Shown here one piece after another: positions 40,320 through 53,516 of a stretch of DNA of 64,000 nt. Under the pieces are notes generated by a model. The model saw only the letters and a list, made by a program, of their open reading frames with translations. It did no database searches and was not told the DNA's origin. Source of the stretch: Spizellomyces punctatus DAOM BR117 (taxonomy: Eukaryota). Both the position numbers and the translations under genes were made by a program. Location of the stretch: the NCBI GenBank assembly GCA_000182565.2, contig KQ257458.1; one strand, 5' to 3'. Positions within the stretch are counted from its first letter, which is position 1, and every line of letters begins with the position of its first letter.

Positions 40320-40908
40320 GTTTAATGAATGGCTATGAGATAACAGTCGATGCACTTGCGCAAGAAATGGACAGACTTGTCTCCTGCACACATTTATATA
40401 AATTTCAACCAAAGGTTCCTATTTTCCAAACATTGCCAGTCAGTTCACGTTTATTTTGCGTCATATTGCCCTCATATGCCCAGGAATTTGCCCCGCCGAC
40501 GTCAGTGAGGGTAGGCCAAACCCATTGTCCGTTGGAAATGACCTTTGGATATCTTTGACAGACCTGGACACGTCGCTAAGCCACGGGTAACATAATCCAC
40601 AGCAAACAGCCATAGTAGTTGCTTTGTCGGCAAGATGCTTGATTTTTTGCCAAGATTGTCCCATACAGGTATTTTCCGGGTGGACATGGTCCTAGTCCCC
40701 AAAAGGACTTGTGGAGTGATTGGTGGCAGATGTCTCAGGATGGCCGGGAGGGGAGAGACCGGGCTTTTTCCTCCTCACACCATGAGAATGGCAAATACGA
40801 CATATTGGGACGCCGAATCAGCGACACATGCAACAATTCTGTATATTTATTTCGACATGCTTATATAGATCTATACATTATACACAATTTTGTTCACAAC
40901 GAGCAGTC

Positions 40909-42005
40909 TTAAGAAGTGTGTATCAATTTGAGGTCGTCCGCACTGACACCAGGGATATCAGTCGCAGCAGTAGCCGCATCCTACATACCGCAATTACCGT
41001 TAGTTTAGAGAAAATGCGTAAAAACATTTTCACAATAACAATACTGACCTCGGCTGCAGCCTTGGCTTTGCCAGCGGCACCTCGAAGAATATCACCAAGA
41101 CCACCAGCTTTTCCACCGCCAGCTCCGCCGAGAACACCTCCCAAGATATCACCAAGACCACCAGCTTTTGCACCGCCAGCTCCGCCGAGAACACCTCCCA
41201 AGATATCACCAAGACCGCCGGCTCCCTTGCCAGCTTTTGCACCATCAAGAATACCTCCCAAAGCACCAGCAGCACCAGCAGCACCACCAGCTCCTTTGGC
41301 ACCCTTTTTGCCGCCAGCAGGCTTGTCAACGAACGCACCGATACCACCAGCGGCCGCACCTCTCAATCCCTGTCCGACGGGCTTTCCTCCCTGATTCTCG
41401 AACGTCATGATCATATTATTGGTTGCCCCTTGCTTGATCTCAACAGGAGCGCACGAGCCAAAGGTAATCGGGTTGCGAACCATCATAACGCAGGATCCAG
41501 CGGGGCATTCCATATTGGGGACCTGGATTTTGACTTGAGCGTCAGATCCGCCTCTGAGGTTAGCCAGATTAAGCCCTCCTCTGCCAGGGGCATTCTGGAG
41601 GACCTGGGCTTGGGTCCATGTTTGGCCAGCTGGGAAGATGTAAACTGTAAGAAAAACGTTGCATGACTCTACGGTATATTAGTAAAGCTACTCACCATCA
41701 GCAGAAAAGGAAACTGACACAGGACCGGCACCGTCCTGATTCACGATAAAGTATCCGAGATCGACCTCACTTCCAGGGGCAAACGTGGCGCGCGGTTGCG
41801 CTATGGCGTCTTGTAACTGTGGTGCGCCTTTTCCGAGCACTCTTCCACAGGGATTTCTTGCAGTCACTCCGAGAGCCACGTCCGCCTGAGATCCAAGATC
41901 TACAGCGGGATCAACATTCAAACCCAGCGGCGCGGTCAACTTTGAATGTGCAGAAACGGCTGCCACCAGAGTCGCGATTTGAGCAAAGATGAGCGATGCC
42001 TTCAT
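40909..42005 (-). CDS. Secreted Egh16/GAS1 (DUF3129)-like protein with Gly-rich repeat tail, multi-exon (3' end approximate)
   Basis: Signal peptide ending AVSA-H, CGR motif, VNQDGAGPV motif, C-x4-C...VRNPITFGSC, and GGLGDILGG repeats. Confidence 0.7.
41088..41222. repeat. 57-bp coding tandem repeat (~2.3 copies) encoding GGLGDILGGVLGGAGGxKA
   Basis: atatcaccaagacc recurs at 57-bp spacing. Confidence 0.85.
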
Positions 42006-42437
42006 CGGGATTGTTTTTTGCAGGAGAAGAGTAGAATGATTGTGTGTATATTCAAAATGCAGCAGACGAGAGGAAAACTATCTAGGGTTTCCTTTTTTAT
42101 AACCATCTCGTTCATCCATGTCTTGGCACCACCATCTTGGATAGACCCTTTTTGTTTCAATATTTAAGTGGCTGCAGATAGAAATGCTCGCCACCAGGAA
42201 AGCTGCCTGCCATAATAGCCACCAGGCATGTCTTTTCTTCTCTGATGGATAGATGAACGGAGGTAAAAGAAAAACGAAAAGAAATTCCACCCCAAGATAA
42301 ATACCTTTATATTTAAAACTTAAATTTCTGCTTATATAGCAGATCACGTGGATATCCTTATTTTTATTCCCAAAAGCGGATAATTACAACCATTTATGGG
42401 TTACAAAGGCCATTAGAGATATTAGCATTTTACTATT

Positions 42438-43850
42438 TCACATTTGCTCGCATATGGCATGTCGCACATCAATCGATGAGTAGGACGGTGGAGGTGATGT
42501 CGAGATATGGTCCATCTGTACCTGTCTCGGCGTATATATCGGTAAGGGAGACGATACTTGATAGACGGGTAACCTCTCCCTCACATGGTGATCACTAAAG
42601 TCAACTCGAGTATCTCGTTCACCGATGATTTCATATCGGGATTCTGGCCCGGCAATAAAATGACGCCGTATCCACAACATCCCTCTCCATAGACAACGCA
42701 TACAACCTTCGGCAGCTACCAGGCACAGCATCATCGCGGCCATCGCTAGGAGGACCCAGACCGGCCACCATTCCGCAAGTATGGTTATCGAAGGGCGAGT
42801 TTGGTATGTGATGATCACCGCATCCTGGCCATCTTTACCATGAATTGGCGGAATCGAGAAAAGCAAGTAGGCAGAGGGATACAAGTATTTAGAGAAAGTA
42901 AAGATGACTTGTTTGCTGTTATTAGACAACAGGATCGAGCGCTGGATGGGATTATCCGGACGCCGATATGTTCGTGACTGTACAGTTACAATTGCGTGTC
43001 CACCGTTTTCGTCGATTGACGGATGCGGAACAGGCAAAGGAGAAACTTCTGTCTCGGTTTGCCTGTTCGCAGTAGGTTGATTTGATGAAAAGATAAAGTA
43101 ATATCTGGATACATGAGTGGTTGTGAATTCCATTGATCCCTCTGGGCCGCATTCGCCCGTGAACACCACCATGTTTTTGAGAATTCTGCCCTCCGCTCTC
43201 CATAGTAGGTAGGCATCTCTCGTACGAATGATCATAAGAAACACTGGGGCATCTTCGCGAAACGACCACTCAACTCGTACATGTGAATCAGATCGTAGAG
43301 AAAACGTTGCAACCTTTGGGACAATTTCCGTTTTATGTTCTTTTTTGAACAAAGGGAAGTGGATGTCTCGCCTGAGTGGCACAACGTCGTCCAGAGGCGG
43401 TGCGTCGCCATCTTCCACCAAGATCGCTTCAGCCTCTATCTGTAAATCACTGTCGGCACCTTCCTCCACTAACCAGGGATTCTTCACCCGCAATTCTACA
43501 GCACTGACGTCCCAAGCATCAATCTTTATCACTCGCCGCTCTCCAAATTCCATTACAATACTCTTAGATTCCGGACATAGGGGAGCGAGCGGCCAGAGAG
43601 ATATCATGAAAAGCAGCAGACATGTAGCGAGGATCATGAGGAATATGATATATGCCGGTGAGGGGCCGGGTTCTTGGTCGTGGTGACCGGCGGTGGACCA
43701 TGACATGGAGCGGTGGGCATTTCTAGATGATCGGTAGAATAGAGAGGTATTATACATGGATGGGAGCTCAAGAGTGCCGTATGAAAGAGAAGATAAAGGT
43801 CGCGGATTGAAAGGATTCATATCTGGAATAGCCAAAAGATAGACTTGCAA
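42438..43850 (-). CDS. Hypothetical membrane protein with two predicted TM helices and C-terminal PPxY/LPxY-like motifs
   Basis: 470-aa ORF with hydrophobic stretches near both ends and an LPVY, LPIY, PPPSY tail. Confidence 0.7.
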   Translation of the reverse strand: MQVYLLAIPDMNPFNPRPLSSLSYGTLELPSMYNTSLFYRSSRNAHRSMSWSTAGHHDQEPGPSPAYIIFLMILATCLLLFMISLWPLAPLCPESKSIVMEFGERRVIKIDAWDVSAVELRVKNPWLVEEGADSDLQIEAEAILVEDGDAPPLDDVVPLRRDIHFPLFKKEHKTEIVPKVATFSLRSDSHVRVEWSFREDAPVFLMIIRTRDAYLLWRAEGRILKNMVVFTGECGPEGSMEFTTTHVSRYYFIFSSNQPTANRQTETEVSPLPVPHPSIDENGGHAIVTVQSRTYRRPDNPIQRSILLSNNSKQVIFTFSKYLYPSAYLLFSIPPIHGKDGQDAVIITYQTRPSITILAEWWPVWVLLAMAAMMLCLVAAEGCMRCLWRGMLWIRRHFIAGPESRYEIIGERDTRVDFSDHHVRERLPVYQVSSPLPIYTPRQVQMDHISTSPPPSYSSIDVRHAICEQM

Positions 43851-45092
43851 TGTGCTTTACTTGACGGGTCAGCCTCACACCCCCCTCCCCCGTTCACCCG
43901 TGCGCACACAAACGCAACGCGTGGGTTACGCAACGTGAGGCTTTCGGCTTGTCCAAGTTCAAGGCACGGATTTTGACTTTTCAATGACTTTTCAACTTGA
44001 CTGTCGTGATGCATCAACCGGGACTCATTTTGCTATATCATGGGATGTAGGATGTAAAAGATAGTCTTCCTACTCGAACTTTTCTGAATTGCGACGTTCT
44101 GGTGAGCCTCAGCTGGACAAATGCACTCCAGTGTTCGTTGCCAGTCAGATGTCCTTCTATTTCCCAAACAGCACATGTAGGTCGTGCTTACATTGATTAT
44201 TCGAACCTACTTGTAAAAATCCGTCCTGTATGCTGTCGTCTGGCTAGGCCACGTGCAAAAGGATATCGCAGAGAACATGCAGCATTTCACGAATTCAATC
44301 ATCGTCCTCTATCATATTGTTGATCCTGTAACTGAAATCCTCGAAAGTAGATTTACGCCCGTAAATTCACAATGTGACATCCCATTGAATACGACAGCGC
44401 GATTCCCTTGCTGTTACTTCATACACATTAGCTGATGAACGTGTAGGATTCGCTAGTACTGTCGAATAATCCCAAGTTTCCATGACGCCGTCCATCTTGG
44501 ACGTCTTGTTCTTTTCTGGAACATGGCACAGGCTGGTATCCTCAAAGCAACTCAGTGCTTCCCAGAATGAAACTACATTGTCTCACTGCCATAACAGTTT
44601 TAACATGTCAACCTATTCTTAGCAATACGTGTCGTACCCACCGTTTTTATTGTGTTAACCCAAGGGAGGCAGCGCCCCATCTATTCACCATTTCTAAATA
44701 AAGATACATACATGATACCGGCATCTTCCCATCCACCCGGAGACGCTCAACGTCATCAAAGGTTGCCAGGTCCAAGTGAACCAAATCAATGTGGATGTGC
44801 TACGGTGGTTGCTCAAACATTCATCTTCTGGAAGCTTTCGAGGATGCCCTAAATTGAGATGGGTGGACCGTCCTCGTGCTCTGGACCTTCTAGTTGCAGT
44901 GAGTGTAGTGCTAGCTCTTAAAGGGTGGGCTATTCTATCGAACCTCTTCACCTGCTCATTTCGGCAGGCGTCCTCTCAACCACATTCCTCGATAATCTGT
45001 TGGATACCCTAATTCGCTACGCCCTCGTCTTCGGTTTCTTATTGCGCTCAAGTCTTTCAGGCATCCTCATTTGGTCGTCAACAGAAAAGAAA

Positions 45093-47192
45093 ATGTTGGA
45101 CTTACAAACCCTTTCCACCACCGAGTCAGTTGGCAAAACAAACTCTTTGTCCCGCAAGAATTCCTTGCAGGAGAAATTCGGTGCACTCCGGGGAGCATTG
45201 GGCAGGAAAAGATCACTGAACAATTTACTACCAGCACAAACCGGCTCATCATCTGGGGCACCCTTTTTTGATGAACCCTCAAATGGAGCACTGACGATGG
45301 ACTCTGGAATTAGTATGCGCGGATCCAGCAATGGTAAATTGGCCTCGTCGACAAGTGGGTCGACAACGTTACCACCACTTGCAGGCATCAGGAAGTCAAG
45401 GAGCGATGCCAGAATGTCCGGTTCTGGTGAGCTGGAGGGAACTCCTAATGCCTCACCGCAGCAGCAGACACATCAATCAAGCGGACAAACCACTTTGACC
45501 AGGGCACATTCGGCTGGGAAGAATCAAATGAAAGTGCAGAAGGCCGTCTCCATTGATGTATCTGGTGGAGATATTAGCAAGCAGGTGCTTTCTGCGAATT
45601 CTCCTGGAGACCGGATGTCCCTCAAGTCACTTTCCCTTGGCCGTCCCAAATCTGGACTATCAAAGAGCAAGGGAACCCATGTGTCCATGCCTACTGGTCT
45701 TCAGCAACCGAACGAATTACGAACCGCAAAGTCCGCTGCTCAGATATCACAACCAATCTACGAGGACTCTGCATCGCAGGAAGCCCTGGATCAAGTCTCA
45801 GAACTTAACGTTAATAATTCATCTTCAGCCTTCACATCGCCCGTGAGCGGTAGTGTTGATTCGCTTGGCTTGACGGCGTCGAACACCAACGTAGGCGTAG
45901 TTACTTCTATACAGCTCGGCACCAAACACGCCAAATCTCTTCCCAAGATCAGTACACTATTCACCAAACTTCCCAAGAAATCCCGTGCTTCCAGCGCAAC
46001 ACCAGGCTGCGACGCCAACCTCACTTCCCCTGTTTCTCCTCTTGCCAGCATTGGCCAGCTCACAACTAATCAACGCAAGGGTACCCTCTCTGCATACGAA
46101 ATCTCACCTTCCACCACTGCGCCGGGTCTGCACCGTGATTACCATCTTGATGACTTTCACATCGTGCGTCGAGTCGGTAAAGGCGGTTTTGCGAATGTAT
46201 TCTTGGTGCGCCTCAAGCACTCTACCGGACGATATTACGCCTTGAAGGCCATTAAAAAGCACGATGTCGTCAAACTAAAGCAAGAGAAGCAGATTCTAAA
46301 CGAGAAGAACATTCTGAGAAGCATCAATCATCCGTTCATTGTGGAATTGTATCATACTTTCCAGAATGTCACATACTTGTTCATGACAATGGAGTATGTG
46401 GCGGGTGGAGATTTGTTCTCTTATTTGAGGAAGGTTCAGGTAAGCCTTTCATTCCACTTTCCGTCATTCCATGAACATTCTCATTGAGACTCGTGTTCAT
46501 ATATCTAGCGTTTCGCAGAAGATGACGCCCGGTTTTACGTCTCTGAAGTTTTGATTGCCCTCGAATACCTCCACTCGTACAATATTGTATATCGAGATCT
46601 CAAGCCAGAAAACATCCTCCTCGACACAACAGGTCACACCAAGCTCGCCGATTTTGGGTTTGCTAAAATCGTCAACAAAACTACACAATCGTTTTGCGGC
46701 ACACCAGACTACATTGCGGCTGAGATCGTAGCTAACAAACCTTATAATAAAGCGGTTGACTGGTGGTCTCTCGGTGTCCTAGTGTTTGAGCTAATTTCGG
46801 GAAAGACTCCTTTCGGGGACGAATCCTCAGACCGTATATACGAAAACATTCAAGTGGGAAAAATCAAATGGCAACCACTTGTCAAGGGCCCCGCCAAAGA
46901 CCTCGTTAAGCGCCTGCTGGACCTGGATGTAGACAGGCGACTGGGGTCTAGTGGTGATGGCGCGGAAATTCGACAACATCCGTGGTTCAAAACATTACAG
47001 TGGAAGAAGGCGGAAGCACGTCAGACAACGCCCCCGTTTGTTCCTGCATGCGACGCTCCTGATGTGATTGAACGAGAGCGGGCTGCCCGAGGAGCAAGGG
47101 TGGACGATTATATGGAAGTCTTGAAAAGTGGATCTACCTCTAATGGGTTCTTAACTACGGATCCGTTTGTTGAACTTTTCAAGGACTTTTAG
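45093..47192 (+). CDS. PKA catalytic-subunit-like AGC kinase with long disordered N-terminus, 2 exons
   Basis: GKGGFANV, YALKAIKK, YRDLKPEN, DFGFAK, FCGTPDYIA, KAVDWWSLG, and terminal FKDF (FxxF) motif. Confidence 0.93.
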
Positions 47193-47499
47193 GATGATAG
47201 GACTGTAGTGCATGTTCCCGTAACTATGGCCGCTATTACACATCATTTAGTCTAGCATAGTCCGTAGAAGTTTTCCGTCTCAGGGTCATAGTTTTTTTTG
47301 TAGTATACCCTTGGGCTAATAGAAAGACGGTGGTTTATATTTTGGGCTTCTTTGCGCGGTATTTCGAATAGCTATGTGAAGAGGTTTTACGAACAAACTG
47401 CGCGAGCAGTCTTTTTCGCCATTTGGGATAGGTTAAGAGATAAACCTCAGCAGAATTACAGGTATTACAGGATGAACAGACAACCAAAGAATCTTTCTA

Positions 47500-50400
47500 T
47501 TGACGGGAGAGTGGCAACATACGTCTGCCATGCCATCAAATGGAGCTCGCTGAACTTATTGCTTTCAATTGAATTCTGTTGTAAGAACAAAGATTCGTCG
47601 CAATTCTTGCCAAAGAATGGGAGTGAAACTTACTTGCTGAACATGGTACGTTCAAAATCCAGGATTCTGTAATAACCTGTATAACCTCCTTGAGTGTCTG
47701 CTTATCCGCTTCAGGGGCTCTGAGGACCAATTGCACTTCCTTCCGCATACCGGGAGCAACCTGCAGAGCGCATTTAGGCAAGAGCGTCGGGGTATTCATA
47801 ATGAACCATGGAAGTTTTGCTACTAACCGGCCCTTGCTTGTAGCTTGAAGTAATGCAGCTACCGGGTTGATGCTTTATTTTGAATCTGGCCGAATCGTTG
47901 CCCACGTTAATGATTGTCAATGTTGCTTCTGAAGATTCGCCAGCCTTCACGGTTCCAAATTTAATTTGCGAAGGCAGGACATCAAAGGTCCCTAAACTCG
48001 GCAATTCTGCAACAATGGAGTCAGCAACATTCGCATACAACTGGTCTCTCCGATAACGTGCCTTCATTCTTGGTCAGTCGGGCTGTTGACGCTGTGTTAA
48101 TTTGGCGCCGGGCATGTGCCTCGACCGCTATGTAATGGGCATTGGGAACCATTCCTGGCTTACTGCTCCTCAGAACCGCTGGTAAAGGAACCTTGGATCT
48201 CCGGGGTCTACCGAGAACGTCGACGTTGCGGGGGTTGGTAGGCAAGTCGTTAGGATTTGGTTGAATCACGGAATGAGGCGTATGCTCTTTCTCGCTACTG
48301 ACAGTGGGCACATCTTGCATTGCCAGTGAAGATTCCTTCCAACGCGACGTGGTTTTAGTTAGAGTTTCCACCTGAATATTGTTGTTAATGTTATACCTGA
48401 GAAGGGTTCTCTTCGCTTGAAGGCACCTCATTTGTTTTTCCAATGTCAACCGGGGCTGGTTTGCTGCAGACTATGTCTGATGCATAACTATCAGCGGCTG
48501 GTGCTGTATCCACCTGTCGTTGAAATCAGTCGGGACGCGATTTTCAATATATTCCTATGTATACGTGAAAATACCTTTCGGGGGATCGGATCCAACTGGG
48601 TGGACTGAAGGTCAGAAACATCACTTTACAGTGAGAGCAACAAGGCTGGTTCCTACCTTATCCGGTGAGATTTGTCCCTCCGGACTGCTAAAGTAGCCAG
48701 GTATGACATCTCCATCGCGAAGCAACCGCTGCAGGGATCTTCTTTTTCTACTGGGCACGCGGCTATTTTCATCCGGATACAAGGCCACGGGCTTCGAAGT
48801 TGTTGGCGTAGAAGCTTGCAACTGTTTTGAATGATCGTAAATCTACAAGGATCCAGTATCATTAAGACAACCTGGTAGCAGGGAGAAACAATGATGGTGC
48901 GCCACCTCTTGTCCCGCTGCTCGCTTCTGAATTAGATCACTCTCCTTCAGTAAATACTTTTGTCGTATAGCCTGTTCCGTAGTGTTACGATCTCGCCCGT
49001 ATACTAGTTTGTCATCTTCGATAGTTGACTGACGTGTTGTCAGCTCCTCCGCTACATTCTCTGCATCGGGGTTAAGCTTCTCGTACATGGCGTATCCATT
49101 TGAGCTTTGTTCTTTGCCCACTTTCCAGTTCTCGAGAGCTTTCATGTCGCTCATTACGAGTTTACGCAGATGTTGTGTTACACGAGGATGGCAGATCAGC
49201 TGGCAAATCGACGTGTTGAGTGGACATTCCATCAATTTGGAAGAAAATGAAAGTTCATTTACCTGTCTGTATTTCACAATCGCTCCTTGTTGACTCTTTG
49301 CTATATAAGAGTCTTCAGTATCGTCGTCCGATACTAATATTGTGAGACATAATGACGACGGGCTCTGTTGCAAGGGTTCGTCTATAATCTTCACACTGGG
49401 CTTGTCCTTGTACTCAATTAGATAATTGAGTGTATCCAGATCCCTAAGTAACTCCAAGCCCGATCCATCTTCCCTGAGCAGAAATAGTCTGGGTGCATTT
49501 CCCGGTCGATAAGAGATATTGCTGAGAGAGCTGCAGAGTGCGCGTTGCCCCAGGAGACTCGTAATACTCTCTGGGGAGGGCGCTGATGTCGCCTTCCCGT
49601 CGGTCTGCATGAGATTGACCTGAAAGGAACATAGATGTGTCAGCGAGGCGCACTGCTGGTCCACAAAAACTGAGTGACAACGTACCCTAGATTGCCCACT
49701 TTTGTCTATCTCGAACCTGTTACCAGCCCAGTCATGCATGACGAGAGAACCGTCTAACCAATTGATGTAGTGACTTCCCGCCTCCTCATGGACATGCTGT
49801 TGATAGGAGGCAGGTTTAAAGAGTGCTTTGCCGGTGCAGTCAATCTCGAGGAGCAGGTCTCCCTGCAGATTCCTATTAGGTGTCGTAGAGCAGGATCGCA
49901 GTTGCAGATGTCTGATATACCTTTAAAATGCGATAACTGGCCTCTGATTCTCCAGACTTGAACCATCTCTCTACTACGATCTTATTTGGGAATTCTAGAC
50001 GAGTCACTCCACTGTCCCGATTAAACATCAGTGATGCATATCCTCGGCATTTGATATTGATTTCTACAGGCTTCTTGCATGCTTCGTCCGTCTCTAGTTC
50101 GGACGTGCCCGCCACTAGTTTTGTCGCAATGGAAGTACCATCTGCGTGCTCGCAGGTGGTTTGGCCCGCCTCATCGGTCTTAACAATGACCATGTCTTCT
50201 CTGGTCACGTTCACATGTTTGCTCGCCAGATCCTTTTCGCAGATAATTTTGACACTTTCCACCGTTGGTGGTCGGTCCTTAGCTGTAGTTAGCTTTGTTC
50301 CTTCCGCATTAGTACTTGTGCATACACCGGATTGACGCTGCGTGGTGACATTCCCGTTCGCAAAGAGAACTTGCACCTCGTTGTTGTGAAGATATTTAAC

Positions 50401-53400
50401 CACAGTTCCCTAACATTTACAGCGCTTAAAAGTTGCATCATCATATACCATTGACGGACGTTGTACTCACCTCTGGCGTTATGAGTCGGCCCATTTCCTC
50501 GCCATTTGCTACGTCTGAAAAACTAGGACTAGAATTAAGGGAAAGGTTTTTTTGAAACACTGTGCCCGATGCGCTCCATTCTATGGTTAAGCCGTCCGCT
50601 GTAGATGCCTGTACTAGCTTCTCTCCTGCGGAGTTGATTGAAACACCGAAAACGGTCCCGTCCTCGAATGAGGCAGTAAAATACGGCAATCCTCGGAGGG
50701 TTTGAGGACCTCTCCAGCTCATAATGAAGTTACGGGAGTACAAACTTGTGCAGGAGTCTTTCAACGAGATGACATTGAGCAGACGGTCTTACTCGGAGAT
50801 GACGATATCCCATACCAATTTCCTTATCCATTTGCTTCACTTTCCGGTGCCGAATGTGGACTCCTGTGTTTGGGTACATAAAAGTACAATCCTCATGGTA
50901 ATGGATTATCTGATTCCCGGTAGAGTATACGTAGGTTCTCTCCGGTTGCACCGGATTAAGATACTGAGACTTGTTGTCATACAGCTCGGAAAATAGTCCG
51001 AAGCCAACCTTTGTCTTTGCCTATTCTTCGCAAATATTAGCGGGCAGCCGTAGTAGCTGAGCACTGATTCAACTTTGACGAACCTGGCAATCAAATTCTA
51101 CACCAGCCTGCGTAGCCCCAGCTGGTCCAGGACCCATCACAGCCAACAACACGGCAGCCTCACGCTCGGAAACTTTCACTCGAACCTCCGGATTCAAAAC
51201 TTGAGCGCCTTGCAGGATCTAATAAAGATGTTCAATTACCGCATGAGCAGTCATTAACTGCAGATTGATTACATACTTGCATAAATGCATGGCTGTTGTG
51301 ATGCTCTAACCAGTGCCAGTCACTTAGAGGACCATCCTGATCAGATTCCCATTGGTTAGGCTCGAGAAGTTCTTCGAATTCGAGCTGCCGTAATATGCGC
51401 TGTGTCTCCTCAAGATCCACTTGATTTGAGAATTTCTGTATTTCAATATTTTCAAGATGATGTGTTCGCGATGAAGCGGGGGCCTCCATTTGACCGCTGC
51501 GGACGAGCTCGTGTATGTTCTCGATGTAGCGCCGCGTACGATAAAGTTTACTAATGTGATCCATCAGAGGCTCTGTGTCCACTCCCAGTGATGCAACTCT
51601 GCTCATCTTGCGAGCAATGTAGGAATGCACATCAGCCATTGGAACTGTGCGACTTCAGGAATCCAATTTCCCAGTTATTACAGGTATCATAGCGGATTCC
51701 TGCAATCAAGACTCGTACTTACATGTCACCTTTTGCGTGGTTGAAGTCATCGTCCTGCGGTCGATTTGACGTAATTTTGCTAGACCTTGGGGTATGAAAA
51801 ACAAGCTTTGTTGCAGCGGTCTCAATGTAATGTTTCAAAGCCGCAATTTCCTCAGCTCGCCCAGCGAATTCAACCATTGAGGTATCTGCGGGCGGTTCGG
51901 TAATCACAGCTCGGCCAACTTGTTCTAAAAGAATAGCCAGCAATAGATCTACGTTGAGAAGGCTCTCATTGGGTACAGCCCGGATCAGACTTCTAAATGA
52001 ACGCAAAGTCTCGCGCAGCCGCCCCCGATCAATATCTGGAATGTTGATGACTGAGTCGGTCGAATAAAATGTCTGATAGATCTTACGCTTCTCAAGAAGA
52101 GAATAGATGCTTTTTGCGATCAAGTCAAATAATTCCTTGTAATCTTTGGCTTCCGTTGCCTGGACATCCAGTATCGCCAAGCTTTTCCAAAGTGAGGGAT
52201 CTGGGACATTCTGTACCATTTGGCGGATTATTTTGAAATCCTCTGCTGTTTGCCAGTTCGAAGGGGGGAAATCCTTGTCATCACCCCCAAGTTTTTCGGT
52301 GGGCAGTGTCCGGCTTTCTGCCGGTGAACCACTGAGCCGGATAATCAGATTCATTTGGACTAATGTCTCCTCCATCAAAGCAGAATAGAAGCTCGGTTCA
52401 AAATCCTTGAGGGCGTAATACATATCGGGTCCATCCTGAGGCTCATCGCCTATGGGAAGTTTAGTAGGAGCCCCGCGACAATGTCCGACAAGACCCACTC
52501 ACCAATTGTTGTTGGTTTCGCATCTAGTTTTACGGTCCCTCGATCCCGAAGTTTATTCTTTCGTTTGGAGACCTCACTAGGAACTGTTGCAGATTCTGGC
52601 CGTGACGCAGGCTCTGGCTGCTTTGCGGCAGGTCCAGCTGTCACCGATCTGATCAGATTATGCTCTCGGCTACAATGGCAATGCACTTACCTTTAGCATT
52701 TTTTTTTGGCGACGACTTGGCACGTTCTTTGTCTTTATCCTTCTCTTTTTCTTTTTCCTTGTCCTTATCTTCCTTCTTTGGCGTCTTCGCTTTCGAGACT
52801 TCTACTGCATCAGGAGGAGTGATGGCAGGTTCAGGGGTATCCTGCATAATAATACAATACCGTATGAGACAAGTCTTTGGTTCGGTCAATGCATCGTATA
52901 AGCACACCTTCACTGCTTTGGCTGCGTTTCGCATCTCGATTCCCTCTTGCTTCAACATGACAAGCCGAACTTTCATGATCCGAGCTAGTAATGAATCAGA
53001 AATATCGCTCTCGGAAGTCCCGCCATCTAGCATGGACTTCAACTCTTTGCATGCATCATGACTTTTGACGTTTTCAGCTGCCTTAGAGGCATGTGGTGGT
53101 GAATATGTAATATGAAGCTCTGAATGCACAGGCAGCGGCCTACCCAGGACAGTAAAGAAGCTTTTGAGATAACTGAGAACCGTTGTCGAGTACCACAAGC
53201 GATAGTATCATATAAGGCTTGGTGACCACTTGGTCCTATCTCTTTTGAGTCCTGCGTGTCGGAATGAATTGCAAACAGAAATGCGTCCCACGTATCCTGA
53301 TCTTCTGTTTAGATCAATGCTTTCACAGAACGCCAAGATACGGAACCAAGGTCCAAAACAAAAACACTCACATCATTTACTGGCAAATTTTGAAGCGGAA

Positions 53401-53440
53401 AGGAGAGAGATGCTGAAGCTATCTTATCGTTCCTTCCCAT
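47500..53440 (-). CDS. SPAG17: SPAG17/PF6-like flagellar central-pair protein, multi-exon (ends approximate)
   Basis: Large multi-exon gene with beta-repeat segments (VQVLFANGNV, VTREDMV, HADGT, LREDGSGLELL) and a C-terminal PapD/ASH-like domain (IKFGTVK...INVGNDSARFKIK...GPVAPGM). Confidence 0.7.
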
Positions 53441-53516
53441 GTTTGCGCTCCTCAACCGGTTACAGGTATACCAGGTTTGTTGCTTGGGGGATGTCTGCAG
53501 CGGGGAGTGATTAGTA

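Noticed and set aside
40828-41394. Pro-rich plus-strand ORF and 57-bp repeats as a CRISPR-like array
   Set aside because: Antisense shadow of the Gly-rich coding repeat, with no unique spacers.
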